DNA of 64,000 nt from Candidatus Bathyarchaeota archaeon. Lineage in GTDB: Archaea > Thermoproteota > Bathyarchaeia > Bathyarchaeales > Bathycorpusculaceae. Every line of letters starts with the position of its first letter. Positions within the stretch are counted from its first letter, which is position 1. Below the pieces are notes generated by a model. It worked only from the letters and a program-made list of their open reading frames with translations, was not told where the DNA came from and searched no databases. A program made the translations under genes and the position numbers. The stretch spans positions 32,001 to 96,000 of the forward strand of contig CAVRFW010000002.1 of NCBI GenBank assembly GCA_963720565.1. Reading direction: 5' to 3'. Below are positions 1 through 9,925 of the stretch, one piece after another.

Positions 1-493
1 AGGCTTCTCCATCGCCGAAAACATAATCTACACCATTTCATACGCGTCAATCAGCGGACAAGTAGTGAACAACCAAGTTATTTCCACTGGGCTTGTTGCT
101 GAACTCATCGCATCACGTTGGATCAGCGTCCCGTTCATGCACGTTTTATGGTCAGCATTCGTCGGCATCGGCATTTTTGTTATGTTCTCTCAAAGAAAGA
201 ACAACCGAGGTACCCCTTCATGGCTGCCATTTCTGTTCTTCCTGCTGGGTTTGTGCAACCATATTGTCTGGAACACCGTAGCCCTCGCGCTAAGCGGTCT
301 GGGTGCCTTCGTCATCGTCATCATTGATGTGCTAGCGATTTTCCTGCCCTTCGCAATAATACTCAGAGATCTCCTTGGAGGGCACTTCAACTTCCAAGAT
401 TTCTTGAGCCCGGTGCAAGAACCAGTTAGTTATACACGCCCAGCAACTTTCCCACCGCCTCCTCCACCGCCACCGGCACCAGTACAATCTTAG
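1..493 (+). CDS. PrsW-family intramembrane glutamic metalloprotease, 5'-truncated by the window edge; poly-Pro C-tail
   Basis: Frame is open from base 2: GFSIAENIIY ... R..PFMHVLWS ... HIVWN match PrsW motifs 2-4. Confidence 0.8.
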   Translation, partial: GFSIAENIIYTISYASISGQVVNNQVISTGLVAELIASRWISVPFMHVLWSAFVGIGIFVMFSQRKNNRGTPSWLPFLFFLLGLCNHIVWNTVALALSGLGAFVIVIIDVLAIFLPFAIILRDLLGGHFNFQDFLSPVQEPVSYTRPATFPPPPPPPPAPVQS

Positions 494-499
494 CTCGCG

Positions 500-1486
500 G
501 TGACCGCTCTGAAACTGACAATCACCCAATACTCCACAACAACTCTGAGTACATGCACTTTTAGCTCTTTTGACGATGTCTTGTGGTCACATAACAAGGA
601 TTCCGTCCTCTGGATCGACGTTTCAGAATATGACAGAGTCGCGGAACTCTCTCCTCTAGAGAAAAACCTGACCCTTCATCCCTTAGCACTTGAAGATTGC
701 GTAAACATCCGACAAAGACCCAAGATAGAAGAATACGAGCAAACTCTCTTCCTCATAAGCAGAATGGTAATAGAAAGAGATGGGATGTACGCTGAAGGTC
801 CTCAACTAGGCATATTTCTAGGAGAAAATTTCCTTGTCACAATACACAAAGAGCCCATGCCTCTCTTGGACAGCATTATGGAAAACCTCAAGAAAGGAAA
901 ACAACCTAACATTAAGAGTTCAGCATCATTTCTCCTTCACGCCATCCTAGACGAAATAGTCGACAGCCTCGAAGACCACGTCAGAGAAGCGGAGGAAACA
1001 GAAACCATATTGGGTCACGATGTTCTGAAAGAGCCCCCCTCCAGGAACGTGCTCAAACTTATTCACATGAACAGAACCAACCTGCTCCTTGTACGGCGAC
1101 TATTAAGACCACAAAGCGACGTGGTATGCCACCTCGCAACCAAAAACTGTCAATTAGTCGGGAAAGAAACAGAGGTTTTCATAAGAGACATATACGATCA
1201 CACTTTGAGGACGCTAGACAGAATCGACAATCTGCTCGAAATCAACATGGGCTCCTTAAACATTTACAGTTCTTCATTTAGCAACAAAATAAACGAGACC
1301 ATGAGGTTCTTAGCAGTTATTTCCACGATTGGTGTGCCTCTAACGGTGCTTGTCGGTTGGTACGGAATGAATTTCACGGTGATGCCTGAAGTCTACTGGC
1401 CGTATGGTTACTTTATGGTGATTCTTCTAGCTGTTACTATAGTTGCTGCAACGTTCTTCTTTTTTAGAAGAAAAGGATGGCTGTAG
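500..1486 (+). CDS. corA: CorA Mg2+/Co2+ transporter
   Basis: LHPLALED..QRPKIEEY, RDIYDH, YGMNF..MPE signature, two C-terminal TM helices. Confidence 0.95.
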   Translation: MTALKLTITQYSTTTLSTCTFSSFDDVLWSHNKDSVLWIDVSEYDRVAELSPLEKNLTLHPLALEDCVNIRQRPKIEEYEQTLFLISRMVIERDGMYAEGPQLGIFLGENFLVTIHKEPMPLLDSIMENLKKGKQPNIKSSASFLLHAILDEIVDSLEDHVREAEETETILGHDVLKEPPSRNVLKLIHMNRTNLLLVRRLLRPQSDVVCHLATKNCQLVGKETEVFIRDIYDHTLRTLDRIDNLLEINMGSLNIYSSSFSNKINETMRFLAVISTIGVPLTVLVGWYGMNFTVMPEVYWPYGYFMVILLAVTIVAATFFFFRRKGWL

Positions 1487-1578
1487 TCAAAACAAGCAAT
1501 TGTCGCTTGAAAGGGCGCGTTAATAGACCCTGTTTTTGACAGAGTTACGAAAAGAGAAAATGGGGTCAAACAAAAATC

Positions 1579-1598
1579 GAGGAGATAGCTATCTCTTC
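1579..1598. terminator. Palindrome between convergent genes; possible terminator or operator
   Basis: Perfect 14-bp palindrome GAGATAGCTATCTC at 1582-1595. Confidence 0.3.
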
Positions 1599-1608
1599 AT
1601 TGCCCACA

Positions 1609-1971
1609 TCAAACGTATTTGCCGTCTTTGTAGCAGTACCAACGCTGATATTGGGGAATCCAAGTTAAAGGTTCTCCGCAAGTAGGGCAAATCTGCTGTT
1701 GAGACGGCTGACTCCCGGATGGTTGACCTGCCACGGAGGGAGCAGGGCCGCTTGAAGGCTTTAACAGCACGAAGTCACCGGCAGCCTGGATGTCGTCCCA
1801 TGGGAGTTCAGTGTTTTCCCCTTTCTTTGTCTCCACAATCAGTTTCATACCCACCTTTCCTACAACAAAAGCGATATCCAGAACCTTTCCAACAATGTTC
1901 CCTTCGCCGTCGATAACCTGCATATCAATTAGACGGTCCTTGGTCATTGCTTTCTTTTCGGATTTAGACAA
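1609..1971 (-). CDS. PRC-barrel protein with C-terminal Zn-ribbon-like module
   Basis: LIDMQVIDGEGNIVGKVLDI...LPWDDIQAAGDFVLL, then a P/S/Q linker and CPTCGEPLTWIPQYQRWYCYKD; GGAGG RBS. Confidence 0.8.
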   Translation of the reverse strand: MSKSEKKAMTKDRLIDMQVIDGEGNIVGKVLDIAFVVGKVGMKLIVETKKGENTELPWDDIQAAGDFVLLKPSSGPAPSVAGQPSGSQPSQQQICPTCGEPLTWIPQYQRWYCYKDGKYV

Positions 1972-2080
1972 TACTACGTTCCTCCACTTAATTCGATAGC
2001 AAGCATTTGTCTTATAAATTTTAAGTCGCGCTCTCTCGAGACCACACCAGAATATGCCTTGCCTTCAAAAACCTAAACGT

Positions 2081-3364
2081 CTAGGAAAGGGATGATTCAG
2101 GGTTGCTCACCCTTTCCAGAAGGTCATCACGCAGCTCCAAAAGATTCTCAAACTGGTCCTCCGTTATCTGATCCTGAACCAACATCTTAAAGACTGAAAC
2201 CGAGACAACCTGCAATTCATCAGTGAATTTCGCTCGATCTCCGTGATTAAGTTCATACAGAGTCACCATACTCTTGTACAAACGATGATACATCTTGGTT
2301 CGCTTCCATACTGTTCTGCCTCGAATTCCAGTTAAACTCAACACAATTACTGTGCCGATCGCTGCCCAACCCGTGGGTGTTAAGGCCCAATTGCTCGTTG
2401 CCTCAAGAAAAGCCTGCCCGATAGATTTTGATGGCGAACCGCTGATGACCACGTATGATTCCGGATAAACGTCTCCTGTTTCAATCACAAAGGTTGCCAC
2501 GTTCGCTATAGAACTATATTTACTGTATGGAGCGGCTTCTTTGACTTCTGTATTAGCCGGCATATTTACATCAATTATTTGTCGGACATCAAAGGTGTAA
2601 CCCTGATAGTAAGACGAGACATCAATTCTAAAAGTGAAATTGTTAGCTTGCTGCGAAAGCAGATAAGCGGGAGCTTCAAAACGCAGCTCGTAGTTTGTTC
2701 CTGTTGAACTCCAATCTTCAGAGAACTCCCAGCGTTCCAAACTGCCAATAGAGATAGGCGTCAGTTCAAACCCAGTCAACCAAGCTTCAAGTTTCTTATC
2801 GCTTACAACGTATTCCGGAATTTGTGTAATATGGAACCAGATCCACAACTCAGCCTCTGAAGTAGTTTGATCGAAGCTGGTCTCGAGCTTGGTTCTCGCC
2901 GGAGTCACGCCATACCACTCGGTGTCAATTTCCCATGACATCTCAAGCCACAGACTTGGGTCGTCGCGAAGAGCCCTATCGAATTCACCAAAAGAACCGA
3001 AATCAGCGTCATACAAATCGTTCACATACGGCTGCACAATCGCCCAATCAATCTTCTCATAAGTAGAGACAAAAATGTCGTTCTCCGAAACCAGACTCTG
3101 ACGCATCGAAGCCATGACCCATGAACCATCCGCAATCCAATCCGGAGGAGCAGCAATTGACCCCTCTTCAAACCACCTCACCGAATCAAGAGAAGGGTAA
3201 ATTGCATCGTGCACATACCACACAGGCGCCTCTTCACAATATCCAATTTCGACTAAAAAGACAACTCCAAGCAGTAGTACGATGAAGGCTGAAACTTGAA
3301 TACGGAAAACCAGTTCCTTAGCTCCCAACCCAATCCCCCAGTACCTTCTACAATAGCAGGACAT
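2081..3364 (-). CDS. Hypothetical secreted protein with C-terminal TM and cytoplasmic helical tail; start uncertain
   Basis: 427-aa ORF, N-terminal hydrophobic stretch, TM at WAAIGTVIVLSLTG. Confidence 0.7.
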   Translation of the reverse strand: MSCYCRRYWGIGLGAKELVFRIQVSAFIVLLLGVVFLVEIGYCEEAPVWYVHDAIYPSLDSVRWFEEGSIAAPPDWIADGSWVMASMRQSLVSENDIFVSTYEKIDWAIVQPYVNDLYDADFGSFGEFDRALRDDPSLWLEMSWEIDTEWYGVTPARTKLETSFDQTTSEAELWIWFHITQIPEYVVSDKKLEAWLTGFELTPISIGSLERWEFSEDWSSTGTNYELRFEAPAYLLSQQANNFTFRIDVSSYYQGYTFDVRQIIDVNMPANTEVKEAAPYSKYSSIANVATFVIETGDVYPESYVVISGSPSKSIGQAFLEATSNWALTPTGWAAIGTVIVLSLTGIRGRTVWKRTKMYHRLYKSMVTLYELNHGDRAKFTDELQVVSVSVFKMLVQDQITEDQFENLLELRDDLLERVSNPESSLS

Positions 3365-3459
3365 AAAAAACTTTCACAGACACGTTAATCCAACAAGTGC
3401 CTGCAGCAGTACCCCTAAGCGGGTGCTAGTTTAATCTTAAATCAATATCCAAAATAACC

Positions 3460-4143
3460 CTAGAACGAGGTATTTTCCGCCGTGATATGCAACCACATCT
3501 TCTTTCCAGCAACACCAAACGAGACAAGCCATGTTACAAGCAGAGTGCCAGACAGAATGATGTTCGCAGGTGTAGCTTCCTGAGGGGTCTGGACTACATA
3601 ACACAGGACCGCTGCAAACAAATAGAAGCAAAGAAGACCCAGGACATACTGGAATAGATGCATCATATTCCTCTGCTGGTACACCTTCAACTTCAATAGA
3701 GACAGAAAGCTCGCGAGACCCTTGGATAAATCAGGAAGATCATCCAACACAAGGGTTAGTCCTCCAAGAATGAAGAAGCGACAGACACTTACGGCAGGGT
3801 CAGTTGTTGTTATTGTGAAGAGACGCAGGAGCGGAACTGACGTGAACACGATCGCAAAGACAGCAGCCAGCGCCAAGACAAAGAGACCGTAGATATAGTG
3901 ATGGAACCACAACCTCCCAATCTTAACTTGACCTATGGTCGCGGATGGAAAAATGTTAACAATCGAAGCTATGATCAGCACCCAAAAGAATGCCCCGTCA
4001 ACCAAGAAGGGAAGATAGAGTGTCCACCCGTACACGTGGTAGCCAGTTAACAGCCCGACTGCATACGTGATGCTCAGAAGTGAATTGAAAATCAATGCCA
4101 GACTAAGAAGTTTTCTTCCAAATCTCACTGCGCGACTATCCAA
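3460..4143 (-). CDS. Multi-pass membrane protein
   Basis: About 6 hydrophobic segments; HHYIYG and LVLDDLPD motifs. Confidence 0.75.
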   Translation of the reverse strand: MDSRAVRFGRKLLSLALIFNSLLSITYAVGLLTGYHVYGWTLYLPFLVDGAFFWVLIIASIVNIFPSATIGQVKIGRLWFHHYIYGLFVLALAAVFAIVFTSVPLLRLFTITTTDPAVSVCRFFILGGLTLVLDDLPDLSKGLASFLSLLKLKVYQQRNMMHLFQYVLGLLCFYLFAAVLCYVVQTPQEATPANIILSGTLLVTWLVSFGVAGKKMWLHITAENTSF

Positions 4144-4414
4144 GTTATGTCCTCGTCCAGGTATTCAGTGTGGGTGGAAAGAAGCAACGCGTTTCCAGAT
4201 TAGTAAACATTTAGCTGCCCACATCACTTCTTTTCCTTTAGGGAAGCGCTATCACAACAGCGCATTTTTCTGGGGTATGGCAATCGCGCGTGTAAGCAGT
4301 CATCGAATTTGCTCTCAATATGCGCTAGCTAAAGTGAGTACCTGAATTTCCAACAGGGGAAACTGAGAAATATTACTGTTGACATAGTTACTGTTTTGGG
4401 ATGGTGAGGATTTA

Positions 4415-4606
4415 GTGGAGTATGTTATGGTGGAGTATGTTAAAGGAGCCCCTCCTGACAGATGGCATTGGTGTAAGAACTGCACGCAATACCCCCGCTA
4501 CATTGACCAAAGACGCTCTAAGCGACCAGATCATGACCTTTGCGACGAGTGCCAATTAAGAGAAAAAAAGCAAGAATGTAACTTACATGCCGAGACAAAG
4601 AAATGA
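4415..4606 (+). CDS. Small Cys/His-rich putative metal-binding protein (WHWCxNCTQYP family); true start probably ATG 4427
   Basis: Paralogue at 28373-28612; RBS-like GGTGAGG/GGAG; GTGGAGTATGTT duplicated at the start. Confidence 0.75.
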   Translation: MEYVMVEYVKGAPPDRWHWCKNCTQYPRYIDQRRSKRPDHDLCDECQLREKKQECNLHAETKK

Positions 4607-5002
4607 CCAAAAAGAAACTCCGTCTCTGTGGCTGCAAAATAGCGGGTGCTCACAAATAATTGCGGAACTGAAACGGATATCTCATCGGGCAACATTTAGT
4701 TCCCTTTTCATGAAAAGCTAAAATCTCTAGTGTGCCCTTCTTCTTGTCTTCCAGATGCGTAAGCATGACCTTCCGTGTTTGGCCTTTCTGTCAGGTTTCA
4801 CCCGTGATTTCGCCTCCTGATTTCATGCGAAAAAGTAAGCATAAGAATATTGAGAATTTCCAATAAACCTTTGAATGTTATTAGTGCCAATCTTGCGAGG
4901 CTATCTACGTCCCTACTTGGCTCCACAGAATGTGAGGCTTTAGCCCTCAGAGATTGTAGAAGTGGTTTAGCACCCGCGAAAAAAGCGCATTTCAGAATTG
5001 GC

Positions 5003-5125
5003 TTACTTACGCCTCAGAAACTCAAAAGCTAGAGTATCTTCTAGAACTTTCTTGCAACGCTCTAATCTAGCAATTTCTGCAGTGACCTTCTCCAACTCTT
5101 CCTTAACACTCACTTCATTTTTCAT
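5003..5125 (-). CDS. 40-aa coiled-coil microprotein MKNEVSVKEELEKVTAEIARLERCKKVLEDTLAFEFLRRK
   Basis: Read by hand; ATG preceded by GTGGA; heptad pattern. Confidence 0.5.
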   Translation of the reverse strand: MKNEVSVKEELEKVTAEIARLERCKKVLEDTLAFEFLRRK

Positions 5126-5400
5126 GGTTATTCCACTATATTTTCGCGTTCTTAAGGTTTTTCGAGAACCGAACTTCACTCAGAAGTTAACTTTTCTTTT
5201 CAGTAGAGCACGCGCTAGGGACGAATCCAACAGCCAAACACCAGAAAACCAAAACTAAACAAGGACCTAAATTTTCCATCAGTCCTTAGCTCAAAGGCAC
5301 AGTACTTGCTGCGTTATGTTTACGCCAGACAGACCTCAACGAAGCGTTTCATCGCAGATTTAATAATCCCCCCGAGCTATTATCTTCCAGTGAACAGAGA

Positions 5401-5874
5401 ATGATTTTCCAGAATATTCTAGTCCCCCTGGATGGTTCAGAGCATTCAGCTCGTGCCCTGGAAACTGCGATCCAAATCGCAAAGCAACTCAACAGCAAAC
5501 TCACCCTCCTCACAGTATACCACGTCACCGTCATACCCGCCACGAGCCCTGAATTAACGATGCACACGACCGCTACAGTTCCCGACGCGACATCCGCCGG
5601 GCTTGCCCAAATGGCGATTCAATCTGCCCACAACTTCGGCAAGAAAACCCTATCGGAAGCCGAAGCCAAAGTGAAATCTGAAAACATCCCGGTAGAAACC
5701 GAACTTGCAGGGGGAGACGCGGTCGGGGAAATAGTGAGAAAATCCAAAGAAGGGAACTTCGACCTAATCGTGATGGGCGCAAGAGGACTTGGTACAATAA
5801 AGAAAATCTTCATTGGAAGCGTTAGCGAAGGCGTACTTAAAAATACGCCATGCCCAGTGCTAATTGTAAAATAA
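5401..5874 (+). CDS. Universal stress protein (UspA family)
   Basis: ILVPLDGSEHS...DLIVMGARG...IGSVSEGVL...PCPVLIVK. Confidence 0.95.
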   Translation: MIFQNILVPLDGSEHSARALETAIQIAKQLNSKLTLLTVYHVTVIPATSPELTMHTTATVPDATSAGLAQMAIQSAHNFGKKTLSEAEAKVKSENIPVETELAGGDAVGEIVRKSKEGNFDLIVMGARGLGTIKKIFIGSVSEGVLKNTPCPVLIVK

Positions 5875-6299
5875 GACGCCAAGCAAGCTACTCGTAAAGC
5901 GCTTTACGCCACGGAACTGGCAAATGCAACTCGCTGAAAACCTAGGCAGTCTCTGCAGAGAGGCAACTTAAATGAAGCGCTAACCGATAATAAAGCAGGT
6001 GCTGAGTAGTGATTAGGCTAAAACGTCTATGGCATAAACTTACTCGCTCCGAAAAAAGAAAAGGGTCAAAATCAAAAACGACCGGTTCAAGCGCCTACAA
6101 TACGCTTCCCTACTACTATCCAACCGAACAAATAAACAATCTGGGCAAATTGCAGAAAAAGAAGAAACGCCGTCATCTGGCACACTAAGCACGCGCAGAA
6201 GCGGACATAACTCATTGCATAACATAAAAAGCCTTGACCACTGAAATCCTAAAGCTAGCCAGCCAAATAGGCTAAGCAGAAGAAGACGCGTAACTCGTT

Positions 6300-6590
6300 C
6301 TATTCCTTGAGTTTGACGCCGCAGCTCTCACAGAACCTCATACCAGGCACAGTTACGCCACATTTTGGACATTGAACTCGCGGCGGCGGATACAATGCAC
6401 GCCCGCAATGCCCACAAAACTTGAAAGTCTCATCGTTCTTGCCCCCGCAACTCAAGCAAACTATCACCGTCTTGATGACTCTACCAGACGAATTCATCGC
6501 CAGAAACATGTACGGAGCAAGAACAAGCCCTAAACCTAAACCCAGACCAGCCGAAACAGCATTCCCAACACCCACAGCTGCATCGTGCAC
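6300..6590 (-). CDS. Double zinc-ribbon protein with N-terminal Gly-rich hydrophobic segment
   Basis: Four CxxCG motifs. Confidence 0.8.
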   Translation of the reverse strand: MHDAAVGVGNAVSAGLGLGLGLVLAPYMFLAMNSSGRVIKTVIVCLSCGGKNDETFKFCGHCGRALYPPPRVQCPKCGVTVPGMRFCESCGVKLKE

Positions 6591-6699
6591 ACAGACCGCC
6601 TCCCTACAACTTCATTTACAACAACACAACCAATTTCAAACTAATAATCATTGTTGCAAGGAGGCCACCTAAGCTGAGACACCCCTTAACCGCGCTTTT

Positions 6700-7875
6700 T
6701 CAAGGCTTCCTTTCTTCAGCGCGCGCGTGAGGGCTATTTAGCTTGTGACCAAATGCTTTGCATAGCACCAGCATGCTCATGGCTGTTGCTTTTTTGGTTA
6801 GTTCTTTCACACTTTGTTCATTGCTCACATAACCATTTCTAAAATGGTCATAGACAGAATCATACTCGTTATATGCATTAAGGGCGATCCAAGTCACTAA
6901 CGTCTCGATTTTCCAGTTTATCCGGGGCACTCTGTTCCAATCAGCACTACCCAACCATTGATGAGGCGTATCATCCGCACTCCACCATTGCGAAAACAAC
7001 GATTTGGCATCGTCCAGAAATCGTTGGTCATTCTTCCAAACCAATAGTCTGTCTTCCAATTCCTTTTCATATTCGCCATGCCAGTTTCCACATAACCCAG
7101 CAGCATGATGCGGAATACTTGCATCTTGAACAGCATGCATTACCGGACCCAAATACTTAGGTGTCAGTTCTGATAGAAATCTATTGAAATAGAATCGAGC
7201 CATGTTGTCTACAGGCATGAAAACGCTATAAGGAATACCCATCCCCTCTTTTCCAACTGAATTAGCTAAAGGGAATCTAGCCTTTGCTTCTTCTTCAATG
7301 CTACCGTAAATGCCTTTGTCACCAAAAAAAGAGTATCGCGTTACAGACGGAGAACAGTCCTGGTACCAATCTTGACCTGGAGCATGAACGTATTCATCAT
7401 TGAACCACCAGTTTATACCCTGGTCCACTTTGACGGACACACCAAATTCGCGAGCTATCCTTGATAGAAGTTGAACCCTGGAATCCGGTGCGGCATCACC
7501 TGCTTCTTGATACTCGTCTCTTGAAGCCGATCCAAATCTGTAGCTATAACCATCAAAGTCGTCAAACAATCCAGGTCCTTTCTTTATGTCAATGTAATGG
7601 TTGAAAGAGGTGAAGAAATAGTCTTCTTCGAGCACGCGCGCTCTTTTGTGAGGTTTATCATCAACAGTCCACGCTTCATCTTCGTGGGGGTTATCACGAC
7701 CTCCCGAGCCAAAGCTGCCTCCAACATCAACAAACTCCAGGTCCATGTAATAATCGGTGGCCTCTGACTCGTTCGCTATTTCTCTTTTCTGGTGATGGTC
7801 GAGAAAAAAGACTTTCATCTCGTCCAACAGGTCGAAAGCAACTTCAGTGAGCGCCCGGTGGCTGGGTGGTTTCAA
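6700..7875 (-). CDS. Zn-dependent phospholipase C / P1-nuclease superfamily protein
   Basis: N-terminal H(RALT), D, NHY, HAVQDxxxPHH and HGEYE appear in the order of the trinuclear-Zn ligands. Confidence 0.65.
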   Translation of the reverse strand: MKPPSHRALTEVAFDLLDEMKVFFLDHHQKREIANESEATDYYMDLEFVDVGGSFGSGGRDNPHEDEAWTVDDKPHKRARVLEEDYFFTSFNHYIDIKKGPGLFDDFDGYSYRFGSASRDEYQEAGDAAPDSRVQLLSRIAREFGVSVKVDQGINWWFNDEYVHAPGQDWYQDCSPSVTRYSFFGDKGIYGSIEEEAKARFPLANSVGKEGMGIPYSVFMPVDNMARFYFNRFLSELTPKYLGPVMHAVQDASIPHHAAGLCGNWHGEYEKELEDRLLVWKNDQRFLDDAKSLFSQWWSADDTPHQWLGSADWNRVPRINWKIETLVTWIALNAYNEYDSVYDHFRNGYVSNEQSVKELTKKATAMSMLVLCKAFGHKLNSPHARAEERKP

Positions 7876-8045
7876 ACACTATTCCTCCCATGTTCAGCTA
7901 CGATACGTGCACGTGCATCAGCCATTAGAATCACCTCTATTCACATGTAGCAAATTAGTTTAAATATTAAATAGCCAAAGCATTTGCCTGCGTTTTACGG
8001 CAATGACCTGCTCAAAGAAGATGCGCGCTAGATGCTTTACTGTGC

Positions 8046-9329
8046 CTATCCACTTAACATTTTGACTTGGGAAACTTGTCCAGTATCTGCCCACAATCCC
8101 ACGCCTAAACGGGTTACTCCGCCAGGATATGCGTGGTCGAGATACAGAGTCACGAACCAATACGGAACCAATACCAATGGTTCATCCCTAGGTGTTGGAT
8201 GGAATACGGCTAAAATAGGTTCGTTTAAAACTGTAAAGTCAGATACTTCTGTCCCGTTGACTGTCCAACTGTAGCTTTTCAAGTATTCTCTCGCAATTTC
8301 GATGGCTTCTTCTCTAGATATATCGACCTTTGTACTACCAGCTTGGAATAGGAACCAGCCGTCAACAAGTTGTTCTAAAACGCCGTCCTCGTAAACCAAG
8401 CTCAAGCTTTTTACTGAAAAATCCACATCGTTTTCGGTGTACATCCAAAGTATTTCTCCGTCGCCTTCTGCTAGCGAAACGTTTAGTTTTATGTTGCCTA
8501 CGGTCAGTTCGAAGTTTTGTGTTACGTTAACTGAAGCAAGCGTACTGCTCATATCTTCTAAATATTCGGGGCTTCCTGAGTAGAATATCAATCTCTGAAG
8601 CAACCCCTTCGCAGAATCCACAACATTGTATGGTTGAGGTTCAGCGTATATTGGCACTCCTTCAAGCAATATGATTTGGTACATCGATAATCTGCCGCTT
8701 CTCAATCTGAAAACCACATCAATCTTGCTCTCGCTAGTCGTGAGTGAATACCGGAGAATTTGCTCAACTATCCCGCCTAAATTTGCACGTTGCTCCACCG
8801 TGTTGCTTAGCAGAGTTGCTTGGTACTTCTCAACGTCGATTTGAACGACGTCACGGAGAAAAGAAATTGCATTGTTTGCCCCTGCACTCCAAGATAATAA
8901 CTGGTCATACTTCAACTCTAGTTCGTTGTGCTCGGCAGACAGTTGATTTAGAAAGTTAAATTGTAGATAAGAGAAACTCGCCAGAATCAATATAGCAGCA
9001 GTTAGCAAACCCAGGATAGATTTCCAACGCATAGGCGAGAGAAAACGGTGTTTTTCTTTAATAGCAGGAGCTTCCTCAACGGTCCTCATTGTGTTCACAG
9101 ATGCTTCGCCGAAATTGGACAACTTGTACGCTCCGTCCTCGGCCTTAACCAATAACTCTCCGAGGCTTTCAAGATAATATGTCAAATGCGAGCTGCTGAC
9201 TCCCAGTTCTTCGAGCATACCTGAAAACGTCATAGGTTTCTGATATAGCATGCGAAGGATTTTGCGACGCGTGGGATGTTTTAAGGAAGCAAACATCGTT
9301 GAGTAGATTTCTTCCTCTGACTCACTCAA
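8046..9329 (-). CDS. Membrane-tethered ArsR-type wHTH regulator with large extracellular domain
   Basis: FASLKHPTRRKILRML...SSSHLTYYLESL, TM near aa 105-123, coiled coil, ~280-aa external domain. Confidence 0.85.
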   Translation of the reverse strand: MSESEEEIYSTMFASLKHPTRRKILRMLYQKPMTFSGMLEELGVSSSHLTYYLESLGELLVKAEDGAYKLSNFGEASVNTMRTVEEAPAIKEKHRFLSPMRWKSILGLLTAAILILASFSYLQFNFLNQLSAEHNELELKYDQLLSWSAGANNAISFLRDVVQIDVEKYQATLLSNTVEQRANLGGIVEQILRYSLTTSESKIDVVFRLRSGRLSMYQIILLEGVPIYAEPQPYNVVDSAKGLLQRLIFYSGSPEYLEDMSSTLASVNVTQNFELTVGNIKLNVSLAEGDGEILWMYTENDVDFSVKSLSLVYEDGVLEQLVDGWFLFQAGSTKVDISREEAIEIAREYLKSYSWTVNGTEVSDFTVLNEPILAVFHPTPRDEPLVLVPYWFVTLYLDHAYPGGVTRLGVGLWADTGQVSQVKMLSG

Positions 9330-9698
9330 TACTCAACCACCGAATATTGATACTAAACGTTGTGTTCTGAGATTTCTGTTTTGTGTATTTCAAATTATTG
9401 TTTTTTGGGGGAAGACCAAGACTGACAGTATTTTTCAACAACCACCTAAATAATGGGGCTTCAGCCCCTTAAGAATTTGAGATGACACCGAAGACTCAAG
9501 ATTTATTTGGTTCTACCCGTGTTTTGATATACGAAATAAATTAAGGGGTTCCCTTGTCGATAGACTGTATCTCAAAGGGATCGCCTGCAACCAATACGCG
9601 GGTTTGGATGAAGTCTTAATCCCAAACCCAAAACTTAAATTTTAAGCAATAGACAAATGCGTGCGAACCAAGGGAAATGTGGTTCAGATGGTGAGCTC

Positions 9699-9917
9699 AT
9701 GAGAAACGATGAATGTATAATAAAATTTCTTAATAAAGATGGAAGAGTGCTGCAGTCTTTTCAAAGAGACAAAGATGGATGGTTTCAAATTAGTTCTAAG
9801 GGCATAGTCAGACGTTGCACAGCTGAACAAACACTATCACATCTGTTGCCTCCTCTTGCTGGTGTCAGCAGAGCAATTGTAAAGGTGGAAAGGATATCCC
9901 CTGAAAAGTCGAGTTGA
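9699..9917 (+). CDS. Hypothetical protein, 72 aa
   Basis: ATG 9699 follows GGTGAG; globular composition. Confidence 0.6.
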   Translation: MRNDECIIKFLNKDGRVLQSFQRDKDGWFQISSKGIVRRCTAEQTLSHLLPPLAGVSRAIVKVERISPEKSS

Positions 9918-9925
9918 AGACCAAC

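Noticed and set aside
6040..6225. 61-aa Cys-containing ORF
   Set aside because: No clear RBS or recognisable motif; cannot be supported
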